A DNA stretch of 47,360 bases from Chthoniobacteraceae bacterium. GTDB lineage: Bacteria > Verrucomicrobiota > Verrucomicrobiia > Chthoniobacterales > Chthoniobacteraceae. Below are positions 45,212 to 47,360 of the stretch, one piece after another (within the stretch, counting starts at the first letter, position 1; every line of letters starts with the position of its first letter). Under the pieces are notes generated by a model, which saw only the letters and a program-made list of their open reading frames with translations, was not told the origin of the DNA and did no database searches. Both the position numbers and the translations under genes were made by a program. Location of the stretch: positions 1 to 47,360 of the forward strand of contig JANNWY010000295.1 in NCBI GenBank assembly GCA_031409335.1. The letters run 5' to 3'.

Positions 45212-47360
45212 ACGAATTGCTGGCCGAGTTGCGACGCCGCGACGTGGCGCTTTGGCGCGATGGCGACAATCTGCGTTTCAGCGCGCCGACCGGTGCGCTG
45301 ACCGCCGAATTGCGCGCCGCGATGGGCGCACACAAAAGCGAACTGCTCGAAACCCTCGCGCACGAAATGCGCGCCGCGGAAACCATTCCGCCCACCGATC
45401 GCAGCGCGGGTTCGCCACTTTCATTTTCACAGGAGAGCCTGTGGATTCTCGATCAGATCGCTCCGGGCATCACCACGTACAACATCGAGCTTTGCTGGCG
45501 GATCGGCGGCGCGCTGGATGTCGCGGCTCTCGAGCGTGCGCTGAATGAAATCACGCGGCGTCATGAAATCCTGCGCACGCGTATCGACCGCGGCCCGGAC
45601 GGCCATCCCTTGCAGATCGTGATGCCACATGCCCCGCGCGCGATTCCCCTCGTCACCGCCACCGCTGACAATCTGCATGATCTCGCCGCGGCGGAAACCG
45701 AGCGCCCGTTCGATCTTTCGCGCGGCCCGGTGTTCCGTGCGGTGCTCGCGCGTTTCGGGGAGAAGGATCACGCGCTGCTTTTGTCGTGGCACCATCTCGC
45801 ATTCGATGGCTGGTCGGAGGCCGTCTTCACGCGCGAACTCGCGACTCTCTACACGGCGTTCCGCGAACGCCGCGCGAATCCGCTGCCAAAATTGCCGATC
45901 CAATTCGGCGACTTCGCGCACTGGCAGCGCGAGTCATTCAAGCTCGGACGGATGCAGTCGCACCTCGCGTACTGGAAAGCGCAACTCGACGCGGATCGTC
46001 CGCCCATGCTGCTGCCGGGCGACCGCCCGCGACCGTCCCAGCAGAGCTACCGCGGCGCGACCCGCACGCGCCAGTTTTCCTCGGAACTTACCGTGGTTCT
46101 CCGCCAGGTTTGCCGGGAGGAAAATGTGACGCTGTTCATGCTCCTGCTCACCGGATTGAAGGCGCTGCTCGCGCGCTATACCGGCGAAACCGACCTGTGC
46201 ATCGGCTCGCCGATCGCGCAGCGTTCGCACGTCGAGACGGAATCGCTGATCGGTTTTTTCGTCAACATGCTCGCCCTGCGCACCGACCTCGCTGGCGATC
46301 CGAGCTTTCACGAAATCCTGCGCCGCGTGCGCACGACCGTCCTCGACGGCTTCGAGCATCAGTCGGTGCCGTTTGAAAAAATCGTCGGCGAACTGCAACC
46401 GACGCGGCACCTCAGCCATCACCCGCTTTTCCAGGTCGCCTTCGTGCTCCAAGCCGCGGGCACCGCGCCGCCGGGGATTCCGGGCCTCGTCATCGAGCCC
46501 GTCTCCGTGCTGGGCGCGACCGCGAAATTCGATCTCACGCTTTCCATCACCGAATCCGCCGCCGGGCTGGACGCGAAGCTGGAATACAGCACCGATCAGT
46601 TCGACGCCGCCACGATCGACCGTCTGCTCGCGAGCCTCGCGCTGCTGCTGCAAGGCGCCGCGTCCAATCCCTCCACGCCGCTCTCGCAACTGCCGATTCT
46701 CGATGCTGCCGAGCGCCAGCGCCTGCTCGTTGATTGGAATCAGACGGCGCGCGATTTTCCCGCCCATCTCACCGTTGCCGCGCTTTTCGAGGCGCAGGTC
46801 GCGCGCACGCCGGAGGCGATTGCGCTCGTCGATGGCGAGGAGCGGCTGAGTTACGCGGCGCTGAATGCGCGCGCGAATTCCATCGCGCGGGATTTGCAGG
46901 GGCACGGGGTGACTGCGGGCAGCCTTGTCGGATTAGCGGCGGAGCGCAGCGCGCGATTCGTCGCGGGCATTCTCGGCATCGTGAAAGCGGGCGGCGCTTA
47001 CGTGCCGCTGGATGCCGGCGAGCCGCCGGAGCGTCTCGCCACGATGGGCGCGCAATGCGCCTGCACGCTAGATCTCGCAGCTCTTCCAGAATCCGGCGCG
47101 GCGGACAATCCCACCTCGGCCGCCACGGCGATCAATCCGGCGTATGTGCTTTTCACCTCCGGCTCGACGGGCATTCCGAAGGGCGTCGTGATCCCGCATC
47201 GTGCGATAGCACGGCTCGTGATCAATAACGACTACGCGCCCTTCGCAAGTAGGACAGCCGCCCCGGCTGTCAAAAGTCCGGCGGGCGCCCCGCCCGCAGT
47301 TCCTCCGACGGGCGAGGCGCCCGTCCGACAACCGGCAGGCGGGGCGCCTGCGCTACTTCC
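45208..47360 (+). CDS. Second NRPS (TubC-type N-terminal docking domain, C domain, partial A domain), truncated by the window end
   Basis: GTG start overlaps the upstream TGA, with GAGGAGG RBS. Reads MNELLAELRRRDVALWRDGDNLRFSAPTGALT..., then LSFSQESLW, HHLAFDGWS and AYVLFTSGSTGIPKG. Absent from the ORF track because there is no stop within the window. Confidence 0.93.
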   Translation, partial: MNELLAELRRRDVALWRDGDNLRFSAPTGALTAELRAAMGAHKSELLETLAHEMRAAETIPPTDRSAGSPLSFSQESLWILDQIAPGITTYNIELCWRIGGALDVAALERALNEITRRHEILRTRIDRGPDGHPLQIVMPHAPRAIPLVTATADNLHDLAAAETERPFDLSRGPVFRAVLARFGEKDHALLLSWHHLAFDGWSEAVFTRELATLYTAFRERRANPLPKLPIQFGDFAHWQRESFKLGRMQSHLAYWKAQLDADRPPMLLPGDRPRPSQQSYRGATRTRQFSSELTVVLRQVCREENVTLFMLLLTGLKALLARYTGETDLCIGSPIAQRSHVETESLIGFFVNMLALRTDLAGDPSFHEILRRVRTTVLDGFEHQSVPFEKIVGELQPTRHLSHHPLFQVAFVLQAAGTAPPGIPGLVIEPVSVLGATAKFDLTLSITESAAGLDAKLEYSTDQFDAATIDRLLASLALLLQGAASNPSTPLSQLPILDAAERQRLLVDWNQTARDFPAHLTVAALFEAQVARTPEAIALVDGEERLSYAALNARANSIARDLQGHGVTAGSLVGLAAERSARFVAGILGIVKAGGAYVPLDAGEPPERLATMGAQCACTLDLAALPESGAADNPTSAATAINPAYVLFTSGSTGIPKGVVIPHRAIARLVINNDYAPFASRTAAPAVKSPAGAPPAVPPTGEAPVRQPAGGAPALL
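47247..47358 (+). repeat. Full intragenic REPIN-like element inside the A domain of the second NRPS
   Basis: AAGTAGGACAGCCGCCCCGGCTGTC...GGCAGGCGGGGCGCCTGCGCTACTT; translated SRTAAPAVKSPAGAPPAVPPTGEAPVRQPAGGAPALL. Confidence 0.92.

Noticed and set aside
35344..47358. Intragenic inserts as inteins, introns or frameshift signals
   Set aside because: They are too short, lack intein or intron terminal motifs, and the ORFs stay open without splicing or frameshifting.

Overview
GC-rich bacterial DNA, most consistent with a Verrucomicrobia (Chthoniobacter/Spartobacteria-like) genome; this assignment is inferred from gene content and repeat types. Left to right: the 3' end of an IS630 element; a direct-repeat-bounded patch (HxlR pseudogene, DUF5069 fusion gene, IS4-type MITE); a five-repeat secreted protein; a GYF_2 membrane protein; two tandem ~1800-aa lamin-tail/CotH-kinase secreted paralogues; and rnhA. 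Next is a minus-strand sugar ABC operon interrupted by a DUF4297-HerA anti-phage module, which carries scraps of type I R-M genes and is bounded by a 16-bp direct repeat. Then come fur-argH-tmk, surface-glycan genes (wcaF-like, glycosyltransferase, WecA/MraY-like, O-antigen ligase-like) and, divergently, a 3821-aa NRPS-PKS (A-PCP-sulfotransferase-KS-AT-ACP-aminotransferase-LLM-C-A-PCP) followed by a second NRPS that runs off the window. The most striking observation is that the megasynthase genes are repeatedly invaded by GTAG-tagged REP/REPIN-like palindromes and other repeats that are translated in frame. One such element appears split in two around the whole sulfotransferase domain. All calls are by eye; no database searches were run.
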